A stretch of 64,000 bases of DNA from Isurus oxyrinchus. Lineage: Eukaryota. How positions within the stretch are numbered: position 1 is the stretch's first letter; each line of letters starts with the position of its first letter. The notes below the pieces were generated by a model. The model worked only from the letters and a program-made list of their open reading frames with translations, had not been told where the DNA came from and did not search any database. The position numbers were made by a program, and so were the translations under genes. Of the stretch, positions 39,688 to 51,567 are shown one piece after another. The stretch covers positions 79,794,001-79,858,000 of the forward strand of contig JANJGN010000009.1 in NCBI GenBank assembly GCA_026770705.1, given 5' to 3'.

Positions 39688-42315
39688 CACAGAATCGCAG
39701 AATTGTTACAGTGTAGAAGGAGACCATTCGGCCTATCTTATCTGCACTGGCTCTCTGAGCATTTTAACTCAGCGGCTTTTTCTCTTAGCCCTGCACAAAC
39801 TATTTAGATAATCATCCAATGCCCTCCTGAATGCCTCAGTTGAACCTGCCTCCACCACACTTCAAGGCAGTGCATTGCAAATCCTAACAATTCGCTGTGT
39901 GAAAAAGCTTTTCTTCACCTTGCATTTGCTTCTTCTGCAAAATACTTTAAAACTGTGCCCTCTGGTTCTCGATCCATTTACGAGCAGGAACAGTTTCTCC
40001 CAATCCACTCTGACTAGGCCCCTCTTATTTTGAAAACTTCTATCAACTCTCCTCCTAGCCTTCTCCTCTCCAAGGAAAACAGTCCCAACTTCTCCAATCT
40101 TTTCTCATAACTGAAGTGTCTCATCCCTGGAACCATTCTTGCAAACCTCTTCTGCACTCTCTCTAATGCGTTCACAGCCTTCCTATAGTGTGGCACCCAG
40201 AACTGTACACAATATACCAGCTGATGTCTAACCAGTGTCTTATATAAATTTATCATAACCTCCCTGCTGTTGTACTCTATGCCCCTATTAATCAAGCCCA
40301 GAATACAGTATGCTTTAGAAACAGCTCTCTCTTCCTGTCCTTCCATCTTAAAGACTTATGTACATATACAGCCAGGTCTTTTTGCTCCTGCGCACCCTTT
40401 AGAATAGTATCCTTTATTTTATACTGTCTCTCCATGTTCACCAAAGTGTATCACCTCACACTTCTCAAAACAGAACTTCATCTGCCATCTATCTGCCCAC
40501 TCCATCAATGTGTCAATGTCCTTTTGAAGTTCTACACTGTCCTCCTCACAGTTTACAATTCTCCCAAGTTTTGTGTTGTCCCCAAACTTTGAAATTGTCC
40601 CCTACACACCAAGATCTAGGTCATTTATATATATCAGGAAGAGCAAGAGTCCCAATACCGATCCCTGGGGAACTCCACTACAAACGTTCTTCCAGCCGAA
40701 AAATACTCTTTAACCATTACTTTGAGTTTCCGATCCCTCAGCCAATTTTGTATCCACATTGCTACTGCCCCTTTTATTCCATGACCTATAACTTTCCTCA
40801 CAAGACTGTTGTGTGGCACTGTATTGAACCCCTTTTGGAAGTCCATATACACCACTTCAGCGGCCTTGCCCTCATCAACCATCTCTGTTACCCCTTCAAA
40901 AAGCTCCAGCAAGTTAGTTAGACACGATTTTCCTTTAACAAATCCATGCCAGGTCTTCTGAATCAATCCAAATTTTTCCATGTGACTATTAAGTCTATCC
41001 TGAATAATTGTTTCTAGAAGTTTTCCCACCATCAACGTTAAATTGACTGGTCTGTAATTGCAAGGCAGATCTTCACAATCTTTTTTGAACAAGGGGGTAA
41101 TCTTTGCAATTAGCAAGTCCTCTGACACCTTTCCCAAATCCAGGGAATATTGAAAGATTATTGCAAGTGTCTCTGCAATTTTCACTCTCACTTCCTTCAA
41201 TATTCTTGGATGCATCTCATCCAGTCCCAGTTCCTTATCAACTTTAAGTACCGACTGCTTATCCAATATCTCCTCCTTATCAATTTTAAAGCCTTCTAGT
41301 GACTGAGTTTCCTCCTCTGTCACCATGGCCTGGGCAGCATCTATCTCGTAGGTAAAGACAAATGCAAAGTATTCATTTAACACCTCAGCCATGCCTCTTG
41401 CAAGGTCCCTTTTTGGTCCCTAATCAGCCCTACTCCTCCTTTTACCACCTTTTTACTATTGATGTGCTTATAGAATACTTTGGGATTTCCTTTTATGTTA
41501 GCTGCCAGTCTTTTTTCATAATCTCTCTTTGCTTCTCATATTTGCTTTTTCACATCCCTGCTGATCCTTCTGTATTGAGCTTGGTTCTCAGTTGTATTTG
41601 CTACCTGACACCTGTCATACGCACATATTCTATCTCCTTTGTCATCCAGGGAGCTCTGGATTTGTCTGTCCTACCCTTCCCTTTTGAGGGAACATACCTT
41701 TACTGCGCCCAAACCATCTCCTCTTTGAAGGTAGCCCATTGTTCAGCTTCTGTTTTTCCCACCAACCTTTGGTTCCAGTCAATCTGGCCCAGCTCCATTC
41801 TTGCCCCATTGAAGTCTGCTCTCTGCCGGTTGATTATTCTTACCCTGGATTGACCAATATCCTTTTCCACCTTCATCCTAAACCTTATGATACAATGGTC
41901 ACCATCCCCTAAATGTTCCTCTACTGTCACTTGATCTACTCGGCCCACCTCATTCCCAAGAACCAAGTCTAGCAGTGCCTTCTTTCTTGTTGGACTGGAC
42001 ACGTACTGCTGTAGGAAATTCTCCTGAACACAAACTAGGAACGCATGTCCCTCACTGCCCCTTACACTACCACTATCCCAGCCTATTTACGGGTAATTAA
42101 AGTCCCTCATTATAACTATTCTACGATGTTTACACCTCTCTGTAATTTCCTTGCAGATTTGTTCCTCTATATCCTTCCCACTAGCTAGTGGTCTATAAAT
42201 TACACTGAGCAATATAATTGCACCCTTCTTATTCCTTAGCTCTAGCTAAATCGATTCTGTCCTTGAATCCTCTGAGACATTCTCTTTCTCCAGTACTGCA
42301 TTACTCTCCTTAACA
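39688..42315 (-). mobile_element. CR1 LINE, ~2.6-kb 5'-truncated copy with broken ORF2
   Basis: ORFs 41700-42002 (ALLDLVLGNE), 40634-41392 (HGFVKGKSCLTNLLELFE...VYMDFQK) and 40014-40346. Confidence 0.92.
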
Positions 42316-44786
42316 CCCTACAAAGTGTAAGCAGAGGCCTATACGGACTCAGGAGGCAACTGTAGAAAGGACCTCTTGCTTTCTATATGGTCAATGCTAC
42401 TGATTGCTGGGGCTACTTTCTAGATGGGGGATCTTGGAAGTGGTGGTGATGGGTCAGACAGAAGGAAAGCCCATCACTTTCAAGTGGGGAATGCTTTGCC
42501 ACAGGAAATCGTTGAAGCAGAGACCCATTGCATTTTTAAGGGAAGAATAGTACATGACTGTGGAGAGGGAGAGGAGGGCAGTAAGATTAAATTTGATCTT
42601 TCTGGCAAAGAGGTGGTACAGGTGAATAAAAGGAGTGATCAACAACAGTATCAATCATCTCATTGCATCCTCCAAATATAATCGTGTAAACCTTGATGAG
42701 TGAGAAACACGGCAGATTTTGTTACGGGGTTCATTGCAAACAGCAGATTACTTCTATTGCAGTTATACAGGATGGATTTGTATAACAAGCAGCCACATAA
42801 ATATGTCAAACCAGTGACAAACTCTCTTCTGAATGTGGCTTATAGCAAGACTGGGTGCCTGGGATCTGAAGGTACATTAAAATGAAACAGAAGTACACTA
42901 TCATTGTACAATATTTCAGCACCTCACGACTGAGGCAGTGACATCTCATTACAGAGTTCTTGCAGTAACTGAAGATCTATTTGTTCCTGAAAGGCCAGCA
43001 TCACACCACCATGTTGCCTGTGTATCTGTAGCAGTGGAACTGAAGGGCACTAATAATTAGTAGTGGCAAACACAATCGATGTGGTCATAAAAACTTATGA
43101 GGCTGAGAAAAATCCAGCTGGCTTCTTGACATTCATCCCACTTATACTTTAACTCATCCATTAAGGCATCTGATGGTATTTCAAATAACCTTAATGCTTC
43201 TTCCTCTATTATCTTGGTTCTAAATTTTCCTTTGATTTCTCTTTGTATTTTTGTGACCCCAATGTTGCTTTGATGTGGTCTATGTAATCAAGCTTGATAG
43301 GCGATTGTTCTAGCAAGTTCCATGAAAATACTAAGGTGAATACATTCTCGCAGCTAAAAAAGTTTTAGTGCTTATCAATTTCTATTCATTGCCACCATTT
43401 TCTCTTTGTATAGTGGTATAGTGTATTGAGCTCTATAAGCATTGTCTTTCCAAATGTTTGCCCGAAGGGAATAGGTGACAAAATTCTTTATAAACTGTCC
43501 ACATAGTACACACTGTATTGTATCTTGCTTATACTGTTGCTTCTGGAAATCATTTTATTTGTAAATAAATTTGGACAATAGTTTAGCCTGTACAAACTGG
43601 CTGAACATTATGATATACTCCGTCTTCCAAATTGACATATGTAACAGACGTGCATTTTGTTCTTCAGTAAGCAAATTATATGGTCGAGGTTAATAAATAG
43701 GTCCGTGCTACACAAAAGTATCACAGTGATGTTTAAAAGACACAGGTTTCAGTTTGCTTACAGAAAATACCAGCAAGCGTTTTGCATGAGAAAAGAGATG
43801 CAAGTGAAAACCCAAACTGCAATAGTAACCATAGTAACCAGCAATTGCCTGTGGATAAATTGTGGGAAATTCTCCAGTGTTTATCATCAAGTGACATTCC
43901 AATATAAATCCTGAGTTATAAAATCAAGGAATGAAAAGCACATTATCTCCCTCAACCACTTGGCAGCTTATGCATTTACTCTGTTCATGCCTAATTTACT
44001 CTGTTCATGCCTAATTATAAGTAAATTAATGAAATAGTTATATATTACTATATTTATAAATTAAGTCTAAACTCAAGAGTTTGCAGTGCATAAAACATTT
44101 GAAGTTCTTTTTCAGCTGAAGCTGAATTAAATTTCTTCAGCTATTCAATAATTTATTAGCCACACTTACAAAAGGGCCCTTTAGAATTCCATCTTGTGCT
44201 TTTAATACTGTTAACCATGTAGCTATGCAGCCAGTAATGGTAAACAGCCAATTATTTCCCCTCTCTGCCTCAAGAACACTCAGTCTCAGTCACATCGACT
44301 GTAAAAACCACTGGAACCATTGTAGGTGGAATTGCTCTAAGTCAGTTGTGCGAAATGGGCTCATGATGAGTTGGCAGGCTGTTTTCACACTGCAGCCAAT
44401 CTTTGGTTCCATTGACTTCAATAGAGAAGTTAATTGGACATGTTGTAAAATAGGCTGCCAATTTGCTATAACCATGTTCCCGATGTAGACTAATTTCTCT
44501 CTCATTATTCCTACAAGTATCCATCCAGTGTATTGTGTAATGGAGAGGAAAGAAAATCAGCAAAATTCTCACTTTTTATCTTTGTCCAATTACTGCTGCT
44601 GGCAAATGACTGTTAAGCATATCTGTAATGCTTCCTCCTTCTCATTCTGAATGACTCAATCAGGAAAACAACTAAAAGGTTTTGGTAACTTGAGCAAGTT
44701 AATGCCTATTAAGAGCAAATTCTATGGTGAAAAGTATTCCTGTAAAATTATCCTTAAAGATCTACTTTGCACAGGCATTGAATCAT

Positions 44787-45323
44787 GGGCTTAATCTTAG
44801 GGCAAAATCTTGGATTGCGGGTGGGCCCCACCAGCTTGGCGGTGGGCAGGCAGCCACTGAAACAGACCCCACCGCCATTTTAAGTGGATGGGCCAATTAA
44901 GGCAGTAATCCGTGGGGGAGGGAATCCCCATCTGTCAAAGTGCGCTCTTTTGCGCGCTGAGGCAAAGTCCCGTCTCAGGGAGAATAGTGACATTGGAAAA
45001 AACTTTAAAAATAGAAACAATAAAAAATTATTAACATGTCCCCCTCATGTGACAATGTCACATGAGATGGGACATGTTAAAAAAGAACACGAACTTTATT
45101 ATTTTTGTTCAAAACAGACATAAAACTTCAACCCGCCAGTGGATGAAGTTTCATGAATAATCTGGAGCCCACTGGGGCTCCTGGCCTGCCCGCCAGCCTT
45201 AAGGTTGGCTGGGCAGGTCTTTAATTACTTTAAAAAGCCTGTCATTAGCCTGTCGATGTCATCCCGCATCATTTTCCTGTCGACCGGGCCCCGCCCCAAA
45301 TCTCCGAGGGGAAAATCCTGGCC
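44787..45323. mobile_element. Harbinger-type MITE
   Basis: Family palindromes aacatgtcccc...gggacatgtt and gccttaaggttggc. End GAAAATCCTGGCC. Confidence 0.72.
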
Positions 45324-47131
45324 TTAAAATATGAAGTTATGTCATCAATCCAGCTAAACAAGGTTAGATACAGTCACATGGCATCAAAAAATATTTTGCT
45401 TGAACAAGGTCAGAAATATGCCTGAAGCTCAAAATTAATTTTCCTTAACAAAAACAATCTTGAAGCATTTCTTTTTCTAAACTGCTTTCCTGAATATGAA
45501 AGACACATCAAGTGGGAACACAGTTAGAATTAAGATTGGCTGCAATGTCCTCCCATCCCCACATGACTCCCCATCAACTAGCATATTAAGGCTCAGATAT
45601 GAGATTATAATCTGGCCTAGGAACCACTTCTCAGCAAGGAATAAATGCCATCAGGAATGGTGAGGAAAAACCTGAGGGAGGGTAGAACCTCCTCTTCCTT
45701 AAAAGCACAGTAGGAGTTCAGCTAAGGGCAATAAACAACCATCTAGGGCATGGCAAGTCAAATTAGAGCCATTAAAATCAGGACATCTGTTACTTCTTTT
45801 ACAAAAACAGTTATTGTCCTCTTTCTCAATCAGGATTCTTTACTGCTGCTTTATTTGGTAATCTAATTCTGATACCTAAAATGGATGCCAATCCCTGATA
45901 TTGCAAGTGTACAGAGATTAATCCCCAGGCAGATTGGTAGAAAGGAGCCAAAAGCAGCTGTGAACAGTGAACTGATAAAAGAATAATGCTTCTATTTCCT
46001 CAAAAAAAATTTGGCAGATATTCATCTGTGCCTGCTTTCAACTCCTGACTGGAACGCATGCCCAACAGCAAAGTCCAAGGCCGACCCAAAGTTGAACCTT
46101 GGGCATCATTTCCCTACCTTTGGGAAGCTTCTACCACAGGCAGCTGGCCTTTTTGAGAAAATAAATTTAGTGTTGCTTGCCTCACCAGCAGCGGCCCTCA
46201 GGTAAAAGAGGCAGTTGCAAAGATAGTGGATGCGCTGGTTATAATTTTTCAAAATTCTTTAAATTCTAGAATGGTCCCAACTGATTGGAAATTAGCAAAT
46301 GAAACACCGCTATTCAAAAAAATGAGGGAGAGCGAAAACAGGCCAGTTAGCCTGACATTCGTCAGGAAATTGCTAGAATCTATTAAGGAAGTTTTAACAA
46401 TGCACTTAGAAGTCATAGCACATTCAGACAAAGTTGGCATGGTTTTACAAAAGCAATATATGTTTGATGAAATTATTAGAATCTTTCAATGTGTAACTAG
46501 TAGGTTAGAGAAACGGGATCCAGAAGATGTGGTAAAATTAAATTTCCAAAAGGCATTTAATAGGGTGTCATAGAAAAGGTTAATACACAAGATAAGGGCT
46601 CATGGAGTTGGGTGTGATATATTAGCATGGATAGAAGATTAGTTAATGGACAGGAAGCAAAGAGTAGGGATAAATGGGGCATTTTCAAGTTGGCAGTTGT
46701 GACTAGTAGAGCGCTGTAATGATCAGTGTTAGGGTCTCAGCTATCTATGATCTATATTAATCAACTTAGATGAAGAGACAGAGTAATGTATCCAAGTTTG
46801 CGGATAATGTAAAGCTAGATGGGAATGTAAGCTGTGATGAGGACACAAAGAGGCAGCAAAGGGATATAGACAGGTTAAGTGAATAGGAAAATAAGGTGGC
46901 AGACAGAATGTAATGGTGGAAAATTGAGGTTATTCACTTTTATAAATAAGAATAGAGAAGTAGAATAACTGACTATCAACTTTCACACCTTTTAAGAGGG
47001 ACTTGGTGTAATTCTTTCGAGTACAAACACATTTCCATCTGTTTCAGATGAATTTACATTGTTTCATAGTTTGCCATTGTGAGATTTGAATTCTTGATCT
47101 TGGGGTTACAAACCCAGTACCATAACCACTT

Positions 47132-50070
47132 CAAAAACAGAATTACCTGGAAAAACTCAGCAGGTCTGGCAGCATCGGCGGAGAAGAAAAGAGTTGATGT
47201 TTCGAGTCCTCATGACCCTTCGACAGACCTTGAGTTCGAGTCCAAGAAAGAGCTGAAATATAAGCTGGTTTAAGGTGTGTGTGGGGGGTGGGGGTGCGGA
47301 GAGAGAGAGAGAAGTGGAGGGGGGGGGTGTGGTTGTAGGGACAAACAAGTAGTGATAGAAGCAGATCATCAAAAGATGTCAACAACAATAGAACAAAAGA
47401 ACACATAGGTGTTAAAGTTGGTGATATTATCTAAACGAATGTGCTAATTAAGAATGGATGGTAGGGCACTCAAGGTATAGCTCTAGTGGGGGTGGGGAGA
47501 GCATAAAAGATTTTAAGATATTTAAAAATAATGGAAATAGGTGGGAAAAGAAAAATCTATATAATTTATTGGGGAAAAAAAGGGAGGGGGAAACAGAAAG
47601 GGGGTGGGGATGGGGGAGGGAGCTCACGACCTAAAGTTGTTGAATTCAATATTCAGTCCGGAAGGCTGTAAAGTGCCTAGTCAGAAGATGAGGTGTTGTT
47701 CCTCCAGTTTGCGTTGGGCTTCACTGGAACAATGCAGCAAGCCAAGGACAGACATGTGGGCAAGAGAGCAGGGTGGAGTGTTAAAATGGCAAGCGACAGG
47801 GAGGTTTGGGTCATTCTTGCAGACAGACCGCAGGTGTTCTGCAAAGCGGTCGCCCAGTTTACGTTTGGTCTTTCCAATGTAGAGGAGACCACATTGGGAG
47901 CAACGAATGCAGTAGACTAAGTTGGGGGAAATGCAAGTGAAATGCTGCTTCACTTGAAAGGAGTGTTTGGGCCCTTGGATGGTGAGGAGAGAGGAAGTGA
48001 AGGGGCAGGTGTTGCATCTTTTGCATGGGCATGGGGTGGTGCCATAGGGGGGGGTTGAGGAGTAGGAGGTGATGGAGGAGTGGACCAGGGTGTTCCGGAG
48101 GGAGCGATCCCTACGGAATGCCGATAGGGGGGGTGAAGGGAAGATGTGTTTGGTGGTGGCATCATGCTGGAGTTGGCGGAAATGGCAGAGGATGATCCTT
48201 TGATTGCGGAGGCTGGTGGGGTGATAAGTGAGGACAAGGGGGACCCTATCATGTTTCTGGGAGGGAGGAGAAGGCGTGAGGGCGGATGCGCGGGAGATGG
48301 GCCGGACACGGTTGAGGGCCCTGTCAACGACTGTGGGTGGAAAACCTCGGTTAAGGAAGAAGGAGGACATGTCAGAGGAACTGTTTTTGAAGGTGGCATC
48401 ATTGGAACAGATGCGACGGAGGCGAAGGAACTGAGAGAATGGGATGGAGTCCTTACAGGAAGCGGGGTGTGAGGAGCTGTAGTCGAGGTAGCTGTGGGAG
48501 TCGGTGGGTTTGTAATGGATATTGGTGGACAGTCTATCACCAGAGATTGAGACAGAGAGGTCAAGGAATGGAAGGGAAGTGTTAGAGATGGACCACGTGA
48601 AAATGATGGAGGAGTGGAGATTGGAAGCAAAATTAATAAATTTTTCCAAGTCCCGACGAGAGCATGAAGCGGCACCGAAGTAATCATCGATGTACCGGAG
48701 AAAGAGTTGTGGAAGGGGGCCGGAGTAGGACTGGAACAAGGAATGTTCCACATACCCCATAAAGAGACAGGCATAGCTGGGGCCCATGCGGGTACCCATA
48801 GCCACACCTTTTATTTGGAGGAAGTGAGAGGAGTTGAAGGAGAAATTGTTCAGTGTGAGAACAAGTTCAGCCAGACAGAGGAGAGTAGTGGTGGATGGGG
48901 ATTGTTCGGGCCTCTGCTCGAGGAAGAAGCTAAGGGCCCTCAGACCATCCTGGTGGGGGATGGAGGTGTAGAGGGATTGGACGTCCATGGTGAAGAGGAA
49001 GCGGATGGGGCCAGGGAACTGGAAATTGTTGATGTGACGTAAGGTGTCAGAGGAATCATGGATGTAGGTGGGAAGGGACTGGACAAGGGGAGAGAGAAGG
49101 GAGTCAAGATAACGAGAAATGAGTTCTGTGGGGCAGGAGCAAGCTGAGACGATCGGTCTACCGGGGCAGTTCTGTTTGTGGATTTTGGGTAGGAGATAGA
49201 AGCGGGCCGTCCAAGGTTGGGCGACTATTAGGTTGGATGCTGTGGGAGGAAGATCCCCAGAGGAGATGAGGTCAGTGATAGTCCTGGAAACAATGGCTTG
49301 ATGTTCAATGGTGGGGTCATGGTCCAGGGAGAGGTAGGAGGAAGTGTCTGCAAGTTGATGCTCAGCCTCCACGAGGTAGAGGTCAGTGCGCCAGACAACA
49401 ACAGCACCACCCTTGTCAGCGGGTTTGATGACAATGTCAGTGTTGGACCTGAGAGAATGGAGTGCAGTAAGTTCAGAGAGAGACAGGTTAGAATGGGTGA
49501 GAGGAGCAGAGAAATTGAGACGACTAATGTCGCGCCGACAGTTCTCAATGAAAAGATCAAGAGAAGGTAAGAATCCAGAGGGAGGGGTCCAGGTGGAGGG
49601 AGAATATTGGAGATGGGTAAAAGGATCCGTTGAACTGGGAGAGGACTCCTGCCCAAAGAAGTGAGCACGGAGACGAAGACGGCGGAAGAAGAGTTCAGCA
49701 TCATGCCAAGCCCGAAATTCATTGAGGTGAGGGCGTAAGGGTATGAAACTAAGTCCTTTACTGAGCACTGAACGTTCAGCATCGGAGAGGTGAAGGTCAG
49801 GGGGTATAGTGAATACACGGCTGGGGTTGGGATTGGAAGATGGGGTGGGGACGGAGGGACGGGCAGGGGTGGAGGGTCCTAGGTGTCGGTGTTGGTGTCG
49901 ATGAGTTGTTGGAGCTTGCGTTCCTTAGCACTTGAGAGAAAGAGAAAAAGTTTCTTGTTGAGGCGTCGGATGAGCCGAAGAATAAAATGAAACTGGGGGC
50001 ACGCGCAGCTTTGAAAAAGGGTACGACGGTGCTGCTGGAGCAAGAGGTCGAGTGTGTTCATATGGCGGCG
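47132..50070 (-). mobile_element. 5'-truncated Penelope-like retroelement (Neptune-type)
   Basis: 11-bp TSD CATAACCACTT (47121-47131, 50071-50081), RT plus GIY-YIG ORF, and a 3' region with a hammerhead motif at 47191-47230. Confidence 0.93.
47681..49768 (-). pseudogene. Penelope-like RT + GIY-YIG endonuclease ORF (695 aa open, premature stop)
   Basis: Motifs IKPADKGG, FTMDVQSLYTSIP, GVAMGT, RYIDD, Cys linker CPCKRCNTC (Neptune-like) and LVYCIRC...LYIGKT. CGA>TGA at 47681 truncates the conserved ...RLGTLQPSGLN tail seen in the 1.2-kb copy. The upstream N-terminal piece (49879-50070) is separated by a stop. Confidence 0.9.
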
Positions 50071-50912
50071 CATAACCACTTGGCTATTTAGGCCAAGCCA
50101 GGGACTTGGTGTAACTCTTTTGAGTACAAATACATTTCCATCTGTTCCTATTCAGATGAAGTTACATTGTTTCCCATTGTGAGATTTGAACTCTTGATCT
50201 TACAAACCCAGTACCATACCCACTTGGCTATTTAGGCCAAGCTAGGGACTTGGTGTAACTTTTTCGAGTACAAACACGTTTCCGTCTCTTCCTATTCAGA
50301 TGAAGTTACATTGTTTCATAGTTTGCCATTGTGAGATTTGAACTCTTGATCTTGGGGTTACAAGCCCAGTACCATAACCACTTGGCTATTTAGGCCAAGC
50401 CCAATAATTATATTGTTTCATAGTTTGCCATTGTGAGATTTTTTTGAACTCTTGATCTTGGGGTTATAAACCCAGTACCATAACCACTTGGTTATTTAGG
50501 CCAAGTGTGGGACTTGGTGTAACTCTTTCGAGTACAAACTCGTTTCCATCTGTTTCAGATGAAGTTACATTGTTTCATAGTTTGCCATTGTGAGATTTGA
50601 ACTCTTGATACTCTTTCGAGTACAAACCCATTTCCATCTGTTTCAGATGAAGTTACATTGTTTCATAGTTTGCCATTGTGAGATTTGAACTCTCGATCTT
50701 GGGGTTACAAACCCAGTACCATAACCACTTGGCTATTTAGGCCAAGCGTGGGACTTGGTGTACTTGTACAAGAAACATGGAAAATTAGCATGCAGGTGTG
50801 GCAAGCAATTAAGGTAAATGGCACATTGGCCTTTATTGCAAGGGGGGTTGGAGTACAAAAGTAGCCTTACTACAATTGTACAAGGCTTTGGTGAGACCAC
50901 ATCTGGAATACT

Positions 50913-51567
50913 GGGCAGAATTTTTCACTTGAACGGGCGCTTACTTGCTCAACCTGCTCGAGTGTAAAATAGTGCATGATGACGTCGGGTGAGCATCCCG
51001 ACGTCATCACGCACTCACGCGATATTTCGGTCAGTGGGAACGCACTAAACTCAGAAGCGGTCCTGTCAACAATTAAGAGGTCAAAAAAGCCCATTAATGT
51101 CACAATTAACAGAAATTTTTTGTTGCCTGGCTAAAGTCATGGCTGGCAGGCGGGCAAATTGGGCAGGCAGCCTTTCCATTTTTCATGAAACCTTGCCCAT
51201 GGGCGGGATGAAGTTTCCATAATAAATTAAAATAAAAATAAATTTCTGTTTGTAACATTTTCATTACTTACATTTTCAGGTGACTGATTATGAAGCTTGG
51301 ACACTATTTTTCTGGTTTCTGTGACCTTTATTTTAGGTTGTTCAGGTCATCAGCTCCCTGTGGCAGCTCTCTGCCTTCGGCAAGCTTTCTGTGAGCGCTC
51401 ACCCACGCCCGCACTGACTCCAGTGCCCGCCCTCCTTCCGATCCCCCACCATTAATTGGCCAGTCAGCATGAATTCGCAGTCGGGAGCTGATCGCGGTTC
51501 ATGGTCTGTTCCCCGGCCATCCTGGACCTGCCGATCGCACCCACCCATCGACCTAAAAATCCTGCCC
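50913..51567. mobile_element. Harbinger-type MITE inserted in CR1
   Basis: TIRs GGGCAGAATTTT / AAAATCCTGCCC with TSD ACT. CR1 reading resumes after it. Confidence 0.88.

Larger units (their letters stand above)
46998..50762 (-). repeat. Tandem array of ~135-140-bp tRNA-derived SINE units punctuated by five copies of GGGACTTGGTGTA; the first unit is split by a Penelope element
   Basis: 13-mer at 46998, 50101, 50245, 50509 and 50750. The unit (minus strand) has A-box TAGCCAAGTGG, a TTGTAA anticodon-loop-like segment and B-box GAGTTCAAATC, resembling tRNA-Thr(UGU). Confidence 0.85.

Noticed and set aside
43973-44016. 20-bp tandem duplication (atttactctgttcatgccta x2)
   Set aside because: An ordinary slippage duplication with no further structure.
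47950-48807. 285-aa Pro/Ser-rich ORF and the antisense ORFs overlapping the Penelope RT
   Set aside because: Alternative-frame by-products of C-rich coding sequence with no independent support.
50101-50762. CRISPR array or tRNA gene cluster
   Set aside because: The context is eukaryotic with no cas genes, and the 'spacers' are homologous SINE copies. The units have A/B boxes but no proper acceptor stem, so they are tRNA-derived, not tRNA genes.
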